Assembly (NCBI GenBank): GCA_963842525.1
Contig: CAWJGT010000032.1
Location: 1 to 64,000 of the forward strand
Length of the DNA stretch: 64,000 nt
Direction: 5' to 3'
Source: an uncultured Holophagales bacterium
Lineage (GTDB): Bacteria > Acidobacteriota > Thermoanaerobaculia > Multivoradales > UBA5704
Position numbers and translations under genes: made by a program. This document shows positions 1 through 8,855 of the stretch, piece by piece. The notes below the pieces were generated by a model. That model was given only the letters and a program-made list of their open reading frames with translations, did no database searches and had not been told where the DNA came from. Within the stretch, counting starts at the first letter, position 1. Every line of letters begins with the position of its first letter.

Positions 1-622
1 ATCCGACGATCGCGATAAAGTACGCGAAGAAAAAGGACTTGCCGACGCCGCTCGCGACGTCCCCGAGGTTCAGGGCGTCGAAGACGTCGTTCAGGTAGAG
101 ACCCGCCGGCAGGTCGAGCGTGGAGGTGGCGATGACCAGGCCGCCGAGGATGCCGAGCGCGTCGCCGATCAGGGTGAGGGCCGGCAGCATGACCAGCGTG
201 GCGGCCAGCTTGGGCACCACCAGCTTCTTCACCGGGTCGGCGGCCATCGAGCGCAGGGCGTCGATCTGCTCGGTGACCTTCATGGTGCCGATCTCCGCGG
301 TCATGCCCGAGCCGATGCGCCCGCCAACGATCAGGGCGGTGAGCACCGGTCCCAGCTCGCGGACCAGCGACTTCGACACCACGGCCCCGATGTAGTACTT
401 GATCCCCAGGGACGGCAACGAGAGGGCGGTCTGCAGGGCCATCACCATGCCGGTGAAGATCGTGGTGATACTGGCCACGCCGAGGGAGCGGACGCCGATC
501 TGCTCCATCTGGCGGGTCCAGAGGCCGATCTCGTAGGGGGGACGGACGAGGGCGGCGAAAGCCTGTCCGGTCAGGACGGCCAGCTCCCCCGTCTGTTGGG
601 CCACCTGCCAGAGCTTTTTCAC
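1..622 (-). CDS. mlaE: MlaE-family ABC transporter permease (3' end beyond window)
   Basis: Manual translation from GTG at 622: ...QIGVRSLGVASITTIFTGMVMALQ...LVRELGPVLTALIVGGRIGSGMTAEIGTMKVTEQIDALRSMAADP, the MlaE signature. Start overlaps the stop of the upstream ORF (GTGA). Confidence 0.9.
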   Translation of the reverse strand, partial: MKKLWQVAQQTGELAVLTGQAFAALVRPPYEIGLWTRQMEQIGVRSLGVASITTIFTGMVMALQTALSLPSLGIKYYIGAVVSKSLVRELGPVLTALIVGGRIGSGMTAEIGTMKVTEQIDALRSMAADPVKKLVVPKLAATLVMLPALTLIGDALGILGGLVIATSTLDLPAGLYLNDVFDALNLGDVASGVGKSFFFAYFIAIVG

Positions 623-1032
623 GAGCGGACCGGGTACCAGAAGAGGGCATGGGCCAGGCCGAATCCCAGGTCGGCGGCGGCCAGTGGATAGAGGCCGTCC
701 AGGTCCGGGCCGCGCAGGGCGGCGAGGGCCAGGGCGAGCCCGCCGGCGATCCGGCCGCCGATGGCGACCGCCACGATGCCGCTGTAGCGCCGGGTGTCGC
801 GGGCGGCGAGCAGGTAGAGGCAGGCGAGCATGCCGAGCAGGACGGCCATCACCCAGAGGTAGAACGTCGCTGCGGGCGGAGGGAGCGGGAGGTCGAGCAT
901 CCGCGCTGGCACGCCTGGAGCGGCCACCATGAGCACGGCGAAAGCCAGGTCGTAGAATGCGCCGAGCGCGAGGCTCCCCCGCAGCAGAGAAAGGAACCGG
1001 AACCGCCGGGCGAAGTGGGACACCACGCTCAT
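619..1032 (-). CDS. Hypothetical integral membrane protein (about 4 TM helices)
   Basis: 137-aa hydrophobic ORF translationally coupled to mlaE. Confidence 0.75.
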   Translation of the reverse strand: MSVVSHFARRFRFLSLLRGSLALGAFYDLAFAVLMVAAPGVPARMLDLPLPPPAATFYLWVMAVLLGMLACLYLLAARDTRRYSGIVAVAIGGRIAGGLALALAALRGPDLDGLYPLAAADLGFGLAHALFWYPVRS

Positions 1033-1105
1033 ACGCCGGGGATTCTAGCAGGGAGGGGGAGGAGGTCCGTTCGGAGCCGAGGACAGCGCGGCTAGAATAC
1101 CGCCC

Positions 1106-1903
1106 GTGAATGCCTCCCCCTCCCCCGCAGGCGGCCCTCGCCCGGTCCCCGCCTGGCTGACCGTGTTCGCCACCATCACCGGGAATGCGTTCCTGGTCCT
1201 GGGCAGCCTGATTTTCGGCCTCCTGGCGATCCTGGTGAGCTGGATCCCGCCGCGCGGAATCTGGGTGTTCGCCGTCGCGCGCCTGTGGTCCACCTCCCTG
1301 CTCGCCGCGGGCTGCCTGCGCGTCGAGGTCGAATGCCCTCCGGAGATCGATCCGCACGGCAATTACATCTTCCTGGCCAATCACCAGAGCCTGTTCGACA
1401 TCCCCGTCCTCCTCTCGACCGTGCCCGGCCAGGTCCGCATGATGGCCAAGCGCAGCCTGTTCCGCGTTCCCGTCTTCGGCTGGGCGCTGGCGGCGGGCGG
1501 CTTCATCCCGATCGACCGGGGAGACCGCAGCAGCGCCCGGCAGAGCTTCGCCTCGGCCATCTCCCGCCTGCGCGCCGGGACTTCGATCCTGCTCTTCCCC
1601 GAGGGGACCCGCTCGCTCACCGGCACCCTGCTCCCCTTCCAGCGCGGCGGTTTCCTGCTCGCCCTGAAGAGCGGCCTGCCCATCGTGCCCGTCGGCATCC
1701 GGGGTACGCGGGACATCCAGCGCAAGGGGACCTGGACGATCCGTCCCGGCACGGTCCGGGTGTGCTACGGCACGCCGATCCGCATCGAGGACTTCGGCCT
1801 GCGGCGCAAGCGCGAGCTGATCGCCGAGGTCCGCCGCCGGATCGCCGACCTGGCCGGCCTCGAGCTGCCGCCCGACGAAACCGCGGACGGTGATACGATT
1901 TGA
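1106..1903 (+). CDS. plsC: 1-acyl-sn-glycerol-3-phosphate acyltransferase
   Basis: NHQSLFD (NHx4D) and FPEGTRS motifs, N-terminal TM helix. Confidence 0.9.
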   Translation: MNASPSPAGGPRPVPAWLTVFATITGNAFLVLGSLIFGLLAILVSWIPPRGIWVFAVARLWSTSLLAAGCLRVEVECPPEIDPHGNYIFLANHQSLFDIPVLLSTVPGQVRMMAKRSLFRVPVFGWALAAGGFIPIDRGDRSSARQSFASAISRLRAGTSILLFPEGTRSLTGTLLPFQRGGFLLALKSGLPIVPVGIRGTRDIQRKGTWTIRPGTVRVCYGTPIRIEDFGLRRKRELIAEVRRRIADLAGLELPPDETADGDTI

Positions 1904-1966
1904 AACGCCCTGTCGCGGCGGGTCGATGGGCCCGCCGCTCTCCCCTGACTGAATCGAGGAATCTTC

Positions 1967-3058
1967 ATGGCAACTGATTTCGATGCCGCGGTGTGGGACG
2001 CGCTGAAGACGATCAAGTTCCCGGGCATGAGCCGGGACATCGTCTCCTTCGGCTTCGTGAGCCGCGTTCGCGCCTGCGCCGGTTCGGCCGTCGTCGACCT
2101 GCAGATCGGCACCCAGAACGAGGCCGCGGCCCAGCGGGTCAAGGAAGAGGTCGAGAGGGTGGTCGGCGCCCTGCCCGACTTCCAGGAGGTGCAGGTCAAC
2201 CTGCTCGTGAGCCGGCCGCCCTCGCGCGAGGAGACGGCTCAGAAGGCGATCGCCCAGGACCCGGGCCTCATCCCCGAGGTCAAGCACGTGGTGGCGGTGG
2301 CGAGCGGCAAAGGGGGCGTCGGCAAGTCGACCGTGGCGGCGAACCTGGCCGTCCAGTTGGCCAAGCTCGGCTACAAGGTGGGCCTGCTCGACTCCGATAT
2401 CTACGGCCCGTCCATCCCCATGATGTTCGGCATCACAGAAAAGCCGCAGGTGATCGGCAACCGCATCCATCCTTTCGAGAAGTACGGCATCAAGGTGATG
2501 TCCCTCGGCTTCATCCTGGACACCGACACGCCGGTGATCTGGCGCGGCCCGATGGTGATGAAGGCCATCGAGCAGATGCTCGGCGATGTCGAATGGGGGG
2601 CGCTCGATTACCTGATCCTCGATCTGCCGCCGGGCACCGGCGACGCGCAGCTCACGGTGACGCAGCGCGTCCCCCTTGCCGGAGCGGTGATCGTGACCAC
2701 GCCGCAGGACGTCGCCCTGATCGACGCCCGCAAGGGCCTGGCCATGTTCAAGAAGGTCAACGTGCCGGTAATCGGGATCATCGAGAACATGTCGACCTTC
2801 ATCTGCCCGCACTGCGGCCAGCCCACGGACATCTTCAAGAAGGAAGGCGGGCGCAAGACCGCCGACCTCCTGGGCACGGCCTTCCTCGGCGCCATCCCGC
2901 TCGATCCCAAGATCGTCCTGGGCGGCGACGCCGGCGTGCCGATCGTGGTCTCCGAGCCCCAGGGGGCCCACTCTGACGCCTTCCGCCACGTGGCCGAAGC
3001 CGTGGTCGAGGAGGTCGAGCGGCAGGAGGCGGTCAAGCCGAAGCTGTCGATCGTGTGA
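1967..3058 (+). CDS. apbC: Mrp/NBP35 Fe-S cluster carrier ATPase
   Basis: ASGKGGVGKST, D..IYGPS, WRGPM, DLPPGTGD, ENMS.F.CPHC motifs. Confidence 0.93.
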   Translation: MATDFDAAVWDALKTIKFPGMSRDIVSFGFVSRVRACAGSAVVDLQIGTQNEAAAQRVKEEVERVVGALPDFQEVQVNLLVSRPPSREETAQKAIAQDPGLIPEVKHVVAVASGKGGVGKSTVAANLAVQLAKLGYKVGLLDSDIYGPSIPMMFGITEKPQVIGNRIHPFEKYGIKVMSLGFILDTDTPVIWRGPMVMKAIEQMLGDVEWGALDYLILDLPPGTGDAQLTVTQRVPLAGAVIVTTPQDVALIDARKGLAMFKKVNVPVIGIIENMSTFICPHCGQPTDIFKKEGGRKTADLLGTAFLGAIPLDPKIVLGGDAGVPIVVSEPQGAHSDAFRHVAEAVVEEVERQEAVKPKLSIV

Positions 3059-3262
3059 GCGCGATTGAGGTCCGCGAGCGATCGTGGAGTGGGGCCTGGG
3101 AACGCGGGCGCCCCGCCCGCTCTTCGGGCTTGGTGTCGTGGCGCTCAACCGTTTCGGCACCCTGCTGTTCAAAAGGGTCACCGGCCTGCCCGAAGCCGCA
3201 GAGATCGGCGTATCCCGGGGGCGGCTCGCGCCACACCAGCGGCGGCAGATCGTCCCTCCCTT

Positions 3263-4570
3263 TCACGATTTCTCTCCGGAGGCGGCCTCGAACCGCAGCT
3301 CGGGGTCGTGGCGAGACCGCTGGAAATAGGTGGCCATCTGGTGGAGGAGGTCGAGGGTGACCTCCTCCGCTTCGGCGGCCTGCCGGAAGAGCAGGAGCGC
3401 TGCCAGGGCCTCCTCGTGGACGTCGCGCGACTCGAAGATGGGCACCATCTCGGCGGCGAGCTGCTTCAGGGCCGCCTTCTCCCCGCGCACCGCATGGACC
3501 ATGGCGAGGTCGAGCGAGACCATCGCGGCGTCGAAGCCGATGCCGCGCTCGAGGAAGGCGTCCCGCGCCGACCGTAGAGCCGCCTCGGCCTCGTCCAACC
3601 GGCCCAGCTCGCGGCCGACCCGGCCTTCGAGCCAGCGCAGGCGAACCAGGTTCATTGGCTCGCCGAGGTCGAGGTAGAGCTGCCGCGTTTTCTCGATGTC
3701 CTGCTGCGCCTCCTGCGGATGGCCGCTGTCGGTGAGGAACCAGATGAGGTTGTGCCGGGCCGAGACCTGGAGGCGCGGCTCTTCGAGCAGATCGATCCGG
3801 TCCAGTCCCTTGCGGATCAGCCGGACCGCCTCTACCCACCGGCCGGCGTAGCCATGGGCGGTCCCCTTCTTGATCAGTGCCTTTCCTTCGAGGTGGCGGT
3901 CCCGCGCTTGGCGGTAGATGTCGATCGCGCCGTCGAGCAGTTTGACGGCCTCGTCGAACCGGCCCTGGGAGGCGCGCAGGGAGGCCTTGAAGCCGAGGAT
4001 CTCGGCCTCGGTGTAGGCGTCGCCGTCGCCGCGCTGGAAGTGCTCCTCGGCCCGGCCCAGCGCCTCCTCGGCCCGCCGCAGGTCCGAGGCGATCCGCCGG
4101 GAATTGCCGAGGTGGGCCCAGGCCAGGGCCCGGGCGTCCTCGACCCGCATCGCGCCGTAGTGGTCCGGGTCCAGGCGCTCGGCCACGGCCACGGCGAGCC
4201 CGGCCAGCTCCACCGCGGCCTCCGGGTCCCGGAACCAGGCCGCCCGGCTTTTCTTGCTGAGCAGGTCGCAGAGCAGCAGGGCGTGGAACCGCACCTCCCC
4301 CTCGACCAGTCCCCGCCGCTCGGAGGCGGGTCTTCCCAGGAGGTCCGCGAGGAGCCGCGCCGCCTCGTCGATCTCCTGCAGGATCGCCGAAAGCTCGCCC
4401 GGCGCGGCGGCGAAGACCCGGTCGAACACCGGGTCGTAGTGGGCGCCGGCGGCGGCCTGGCAGGCCGGGCACGCGGCCAGGTGGCGCTGGACCTCCCGGC
4501 GCTCGTCGGCGGAGAGCTGGCCCTGCATGTAGCGGGCGAGGGTCTGCGGATCGGGGTGGCGTTCAGTCAT
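3263..4570 (-). CDS. zf-HC2 (anti-sigma-type zinc finger) plus TPR-like helical repeat protein, 435 aa
   Basis: Start ATG at 4570 gives MTERHPDPQTLARYMQGQLSADERREVQRHLAACPACQ (HxxxCxxC), followed by TPR-like helices (AWAHLGNSRRI, LRWLEGRV, AAMVSLDLA). The start overlaps the end of the upstream small ORF. Confidence 0.8.
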   Translation of the reverse strand: MTERHPDPQTLARYMQGQLSADERREVQRHLAACPACQAAAGAHYDPVFDRVFAAAPGELSAILQEIDEAARLLADLLGRPASERRGLVEGEVRFHALLLCDLLSKKSRAAWFRDPEAAVELAGLAVAVAERLDPDHYGAMRVEDARALAWAHLGNSRRIASDLRRAEEALGRAEEHFQRGDGDAYTEAEILGFKASLRASQGRFDEAVKLLDGAIDIYRQARDRHLEGKALIKKGTAHGYAGRWVEAVRLIRKGLDRIDLLEEPRLQVSARHNLIWFLTDSGHPQEAQQDIEKTRQLYLDLGEPMNLVRLRWLEGRVGRELGRLDEAEAALRSARDAFLERGIGFDAAMVSLDLAMVHAVRGEKAALKQLAAEMVPIFESRDVHEEALAALLLFRQAAEAEEVTLDLLHQMATYFQRSRHDPELRFEAASGEKS

Positions 4571-4823
4571 CTCGCGGCTCCTTGGGAGAGGGGTTGGCGG
4601 TGCGCCGGATCGCCTTCTCGAGCCAGTCGAGCAGCCACCACTCGGGATTGCGCACCCGGTCCCACCGGTAGAGGTACGAGCGCCATGCCTCGGCGGCCAG
4701 ACACGCCGCCTCCTCCAAAGGAACCCCATGACGCAGGAACAGACGCGCCATCCTGGGCCGGATCTTCGCCAGGAGCTTGTCGAGCTCCTCTCGCGTCGGA
4801 CGGTTGGAGGATTCCCCGGGCAT
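4563..4823 (-). CDS. Small protein resembling an isolated sigma-70/ECF region 2, no region 4
   Basis: ELDKLLAKIRPRMARLFLRHGVPLEEAACLAAEAWRSYLYRWDRVRNPEWWLLDWL resembles ECF sigma region 2.1-2.4 (x-AEDL-QE..L...W...RNP..WL pattern). Overlaps the start of the zf-HC2-TPR gene. Confidence 0.55.
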   Translation of the reverse strand: MPGESSNRPTREELDKLLAKIRPRMARLFLRHGVPLEEAACLAAEAWRSYLYRWDRVRNPEWWLLDWLEKAIRRTANPSPKEPRDD

Positions 4824-4872
4824 GTAGTCGCTCTCGCGGACAAGAAGGTAGCGCAAACCGGGAATCTCTGCA

Positions 4873-4915
4873 AGAGAAAAAGAGAACCCGGGGGGCCACC
4901 GGTGGAGCCCCCGGG
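4873..4915 (-). terminator. Intrinsic terminator after the peptide precursor gene
   Basis: GC hairpin CCCGGGGG...CCCCCGGG (4887-4915), followed on the minus strand by TTCTCTTTTTCTCTT, about 20 bp after the stop at 4938. Confidence 0.7.
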
Positions 4916-4937
4916 GGAGCGCGTGAAGAGGGTGAGG

Positions 4938-5219
4938 CTAGCCGTCCGGGTCGATGGTGCCGCGGTTGTCGGAGTCGGCGCTGGCGCCGTTCGGGTCGAT
5001 GGTGATGCGGTTGTCGCTCTGGGACCCGGAGGGGCAGCCGTCCGGGTCGATGCAGCCCCGGTTGTCGGTGTCCGCGCCCAGGAAGGCCCAAAGCGAGGAG
5101 AGGAGAGTGGGGTCTGCGGACGCGGTGACCCCCGGAGCCGCCGCCGCCGGCAGCGGCAGCAGCAGGACGGCGGCGAGAATCCAGACACCCAGGAAACGGA
5201 AGCGGATCGTAAGGGTCAT
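4938..5219 (-). CDS. Small secreted peptide precursor with three DNRxxIDPxG repeats (93 aa)
   Basis: Signal peptide MTLTIRFRFLGVWILAAVLLLPLPAAAA. Cores DNRGCIDPDG, DNRITIDPNG and DNRGTIDPDG-stop. Purine-rich RBS upstream and own terminator downstream. Confidence 0.75.
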   Translation of the reverse strand: MTLTIRFRFLGVWILAAVLLLPLPAAAAPGVTASADPTLLSSLWAFLGADTDNRGCIDPDGCPSGSQSDNRITIDPNGASADSDNRGTIDPDG

Positions 5220-5407
5220 GGCGGGGTTACCCCTTTCCAGGGCAGGCAAGCGGCGCAGCCTTCAGCGGCCGGCGGATCCTGTCCTTGGGGGTAAGAGTAA
5301 CCATCGCGGTCCCCGGAGGCGCGAGATGCGTGTCGCCTCGTTCAGTAAACAGCTCTATCTTGTTTCTGCAATCTAGAAGTGCTAGTTTGTGCGCAAAGGC
5401 GGGCAGG

Positions 5408-5782
5408 ATGATGAACGGACGAGGCAGGGTTCTTGCGGCAGCAGTAGCCTTGAGCTTCCTGATCCCCAGTGCGTCTCAAGCAGGCTGGCTTGGCCCCGGT
5501 TGCTGGATCTGCGAATTCACCTCAATCGTTGGGATGTGGTCGCGATGCAAGATGGTTGGGCACGAAGAAGAAGGAGAGGGTACGAACTGCCGCGACGACG
5601 CTATAATGGGTCCGTCGTGCTTTACCAACGGCGTGGCCTGCTATAACACAGTAGTGACCGGGGGTGGTGGTGGCGGTGGCACGGGCGGCTCCGGAGGCGG
5701 AGGCAGCACCTGCCATGTTGGGTCGGCGTCCTGGTGCCCCCCAGCGTGTGCGACCTGTACGAGGGACCCCTACGCCAACTGA
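5408..5782 (+). CDS. Small secreted cysteine-rich protein (10 Cys, Gly linker)
   Basis: Signal peptide ending ASQA, a 6-Cys domain, a G-rich linker, then Cx7CPPxCxxC. Confidence 0.7.
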   Translation: MMNGRGRVLAAAVALSFLIPSASQAGWLGPGCWICEFTSIVGMWSRCKMVGHEEEGEGTNCRDDAIMGPSCFTNGVACYNTVVTGGGGGGGTGGSGGGGSTCHVGSASWCPPACATCTRDPYAN

Positions 5783-5797
5783 TCCAGGCAGAGCGAC

Positions 5798-8104
5798 GTG
5801 AGACTCCTTCAATTCTCTCGGTCTGTCCTTCTCGGCCTTCTGGTACCACTGGCCGCCTCGGCGCACGAAACACCGCCCGTACGGCTCACGATCGAGATGT
5901 TGCCCATCGGGTCCGGCCAGCCTCTCGCGGGGACGTTGGTCCTGCGTCCCGTCAACGGGAAACTGGAGAGCTCCCTTCGCGTGCCCGTCCACGGTCCGGC
6001 CCCGCTCGCGGTAGAGATCTCCCCAGGGTCTCCCTGGCAGATCCTCGGCGAGGTCGCCGGTCACTGGGCCCCCCGGCGGGTGCTGCCTGCGGGAAAGCCG
6101 GGAATGGAGATGCTCCACCGCCTTCCGCTCTGGCCCGTCGCCAAGGCTTCGGGGGTGGTCAAGGTCGAAAAGGGAGAGAGCCGGCCCAAGGAGCTGAAGC
6201 TCGAGATTCGGGCCACGGGAAACCGCACGACCCTGCGGGATGTGCCGGTATCTCAGGTGTCCTGCCCGGTGGCGGACAACGCGTCCTGGTCCTGCGAGCT
6301 CCCCGCGGCAGCTCTCGACCTGGTCCTCACCGCGGAGGGTTTCGTGCCGCACTACGGGTGGGGCGTGCCCTTCAAGGCCGGCGAAGACCGGCCTTTCGGC
6401 GTCGTCGAGCTGAAGCGGGGCGCTTCGGTCGTGGGTTGGGTGACGGTCGAGGAGGGCTCTCCGGCGCCCGGCTGCCGCGTCCGTCTCTCCCCTCTCGTGG
6501 CTCCGGGAGGACGCCGCGATCCGGCCACCGAGAAGATCAAGCGGCTGACCCTGGAGGCGGCGGTCAACGAACGGGGCTTCTTCCAGATCACAGGTGTACC
6601 GCCGGGTAGTTACCTCCTGGAAGCCGAGCAGCCCGGCTTTGCAACAGCCAGGATGTCGCCGCTGGAGATCTGGGAGAAATCCGAGACCTCGCTCCAGCAG
6701 CCTCTCGTCCTCCGGCGCCCGCTCAACATCGAGCTGCAGATCGTTCCCGCGGTGGACTGGATCGGCAAGCTCTGGAAGATAAGCGTTGCGCGGCGCTCGG
6801 ATTTCAGCGCCAGCTTTGATCCTGCGCCCGTCTACGAGGGGCCTGCCGATGAGCAGGGCCGGATGACTCTTCGCGGCCAGGCGCCGGGGACGTTCTGGAT
6901 CGTGGTATCGGATTCCGCGGACAACCAGCTCTACAACGATTTCGGCGTACCGATCCAGGAGCCCGGGGACGCCCAGCGGGTCATCGAGATCGGCGCCGTG
7001 TCCGTGCGGGGCCGGGTCCTGTTCGGCAAGGAGCCCCTCGCGGCGACCCTCTCGTTCGGCGGCCGCTCCGGCGCCGTCCGGGTGGCCATGGAGTCCGATG
7101 AGGAGGGCTCCTTCGACGGCATGCTCCCGCGGGACGGCGCCTGGCGGGTCTACGTGCGCTCCGCCGACGGCGAAGTGGAGGCCAATACGAAGGTCTCGGT
7201 CGAGGCGAACGATCAAGGCCGGGCGTTGGTGACCGTCTCGTTGCCGGACACCCACCTGTTCGGGCGGGTCGTGGACGAGCAATCGAAGCCGGTGGCGGGC
7301 GCCTCTGTACAAATCGAGACGGGACAGGACGGCCAGCAGGTGTGGAGCGACGCCCAAGGGCGGTTTGAGGTGCGCGGGCTGCCTCCGGGGCTGCTGACCG
7401 CCGCAGCAAAGCTCTATAGGCCCTCGGGATCGGCGACGAGCGAGCCGGCGCAGGTGTTCGTGGCGGAAGGCCAGCCCACGGGGCCGGTCGAGCTTCGGCT
7501 CCGCCGGAGCAAGCCGTTCCTGGGACAGGTCGTGTCCGCGCGGGGACCTGTGCCGGGGGCCTCCCTGGAGATCTTCTCCCGCCGGCCCGCCGCCTGGTTC
7601 GCAAGCTCGGCACGGACCGGCCTGGATGGATCCTTTTCGGCCCAGGTCCCCGAACCGACCGAAGCCGTGGTCGCCGTCGTCAGCGCTCCGGGCAACGCCC
7701 TCAAGGTGTTCGAGGTCGAGGCCACCGGAGCGCCGGTGACCCTTTCAGTACCTTCTGTGGGTGGGGCGCTCGAAATCACCTTTCACGAGACTGAGGAAGC
7801 GGTGAGGACCGGAGATCTCCTGCTCCTGTACTTCCAGGACAATCTTCCCTTGTCGCTCCAAACCCTTCGGCAATGGGCGCTCGGCCATGGTGTGAGCTTC
7901 TACACCCCGGGCCCGCCCGGCCGGCTCCACTACCCGAGCCTTGCCCCGGGAGACTATCGAGTCTGTGTCGTCCAGAGCACGATCGTGCCGGATGGGGAGG
8001 TCTCTTCCTGGATCGACAAGACAGGCCGTTGCGCCTCCGGCCGGCTCGAAGGCGGCGAGACGCTCCGGCTTGAGATCCCCGGAGACCCTCCCAGGGAGCC
8101 CTGA
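5798..8104 (+). CDS. Secreted carboxypeptidase-regulatory-like (transthyretin-like beta-sandwich repeat) protein
   Basis: Signal peptide and repeated motifs such as GRVVDEQSKPVAGASV..SDAQGRFEVRGLPPG and GFFQITGVPPGSYLLEAEQPGF. Confidence 0.8.
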   Translation: MRLLQFSRSVLLGLLVPLAASAHETPPVRLTIEMLPIGSGQPLAGTLVLRPVNGKLESSLRVPVHGPAPLAVEISPGSPWQILGEVAGHWAPRRVLPAGKPGMEMLHRLPLWPVAKASGVVKVEKGESRPKELKLEIRATGNRTTLRDVPVSQVSCPVADNASWSCELPAAALDLVLTAEGFVPHYGWGVPFKAGEDRPFGVVELKRGASVVGWVTVEEGSPAPGCRVRLSPLVAPGGRRDPATEKIKRLTLEAAVNERGFFQITGVPPGSYLLEAEQPGFATARMSPLEIWEKSETSLQQPLVLRRPLNIELQIVPAVDWIGKLWKISVARRSDFSASFDPAPVYEGPADEQGRMTLRGQAPGTFWIVVSDSADNQLYNDFGVPIQEPGDAQRVIEIGAVSVRGRVLFGKEPLAATLSFGGRSGAVRVAMESDEEGSFDGMLPRDGAWRVYVRSADGEVEANTKVSVEANDQGRALVTVSLPDTHLFGRVVDEQSKPVAGASVQIETGQDGQQVWSDAQGRFEVRGLPPGLLTAAAKLYRPSGSATSEPAQVFVAEGQPTGPVELRLRRSKPFLGQVVSARGPVPGASLEIFSRRPAAWFASSARTGLDGSFSAQVPEPTEAVVAVVSAPGNALKVFEVEATGAPVTLSVPSVGGALEITFHETEEAVRTGDLLLLYFQDNLPLSLQTLRQWALGHGVSFYTPGPPGRLHYPSLAPGDYRVCVVQSTIVPDGEVSSWIDKTGRCASGRLEGGETLRLEIPGDPPREP

Positions 8105-8169
8105 TTGGCCCGAACAGCACGCTGATGAGAACAGGGCCGGCGGCTCGCCCGAGGCCACAGAGCTTGGCG

Positions 8170-8700
8170 TATCCGAGGGCTTCCGGACGGTTCCGAAGGC
8201 CTGGAGAAGAATTCCGAAGGGCTTCAGAGTCTCCCGGAAGCCTTCCGGAAACTTTTCGAGGCGTCCAGAAGTTTTCCGGAGGGCTTCCGGACAGTTCCGA
8301 AGGCCCGGAGAAGAATTCCGAAGGGCTTCAGAATCTTCCGGAAGCCTTCCAGAAACTTTTCGAGGCGTCCAGAAGTTTTCCGGGAGGCTTCTGGACGGTT
8401 CCGAAGGCCTGGAGGAAAATTCTGGAGGCTTTCGGAATTCTTCGGAAGGGCTGGAAAAAATTTTGGAGGGCTCCAGAATTTTTCCGAAGCCCTCCAGAAC
8501 CGTCCGGAAGGCCTGGAGAACCATCCGGAAGCCCTGGAGAAGAATTCTGGAGGGCTTCAGAATTCTTCGGAAGCCCTGGAAAAACTTTTGGCAGGCTCCA
8601 GAAATTTTCCGAAGGCCTCCAGAACTGTCCAGAAGCCCTTCGGAACTGTCCGGAAGCCCTTCCGAATCCTCCCGAGTCCTTCGAAATCTCCTCCCAACGC
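8170..8700. repeat. Degenerate ~21-bp-period array with a 104-bp higher-order repeat
   Basis: Units such as TTCCGAAGGCCTGGAGAAGAA and TTCCGAAGGGCTTCAGAGTCT. Super-units start at 8191, 8295 and 8399. Rich in TTCCGGAA-like palindromes. Confidence 0.85.
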
Positions 8701-8855
8701 TTCGCCGTCGTCCCGAAAAGCAGGAAAAGAACCCGTCATCTAGGCTGCGTCTGTCCTCTGGGCCAGGAAGCCGTCGCCCAGAGTTACACTAGTTTACACC
8801 TTGGGCTACCGAACGGCGCCCTCCGGCCGCCCGGTGCGAGTGGTATTTTGCCGCC

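Noticed and set aside
4571-5188. N-terminal extension of the 641-aa ORF 3263-5188
   Set aside because: Low-complexity read-through across two better ORFs and a terminator. The true start is most likely 4570.
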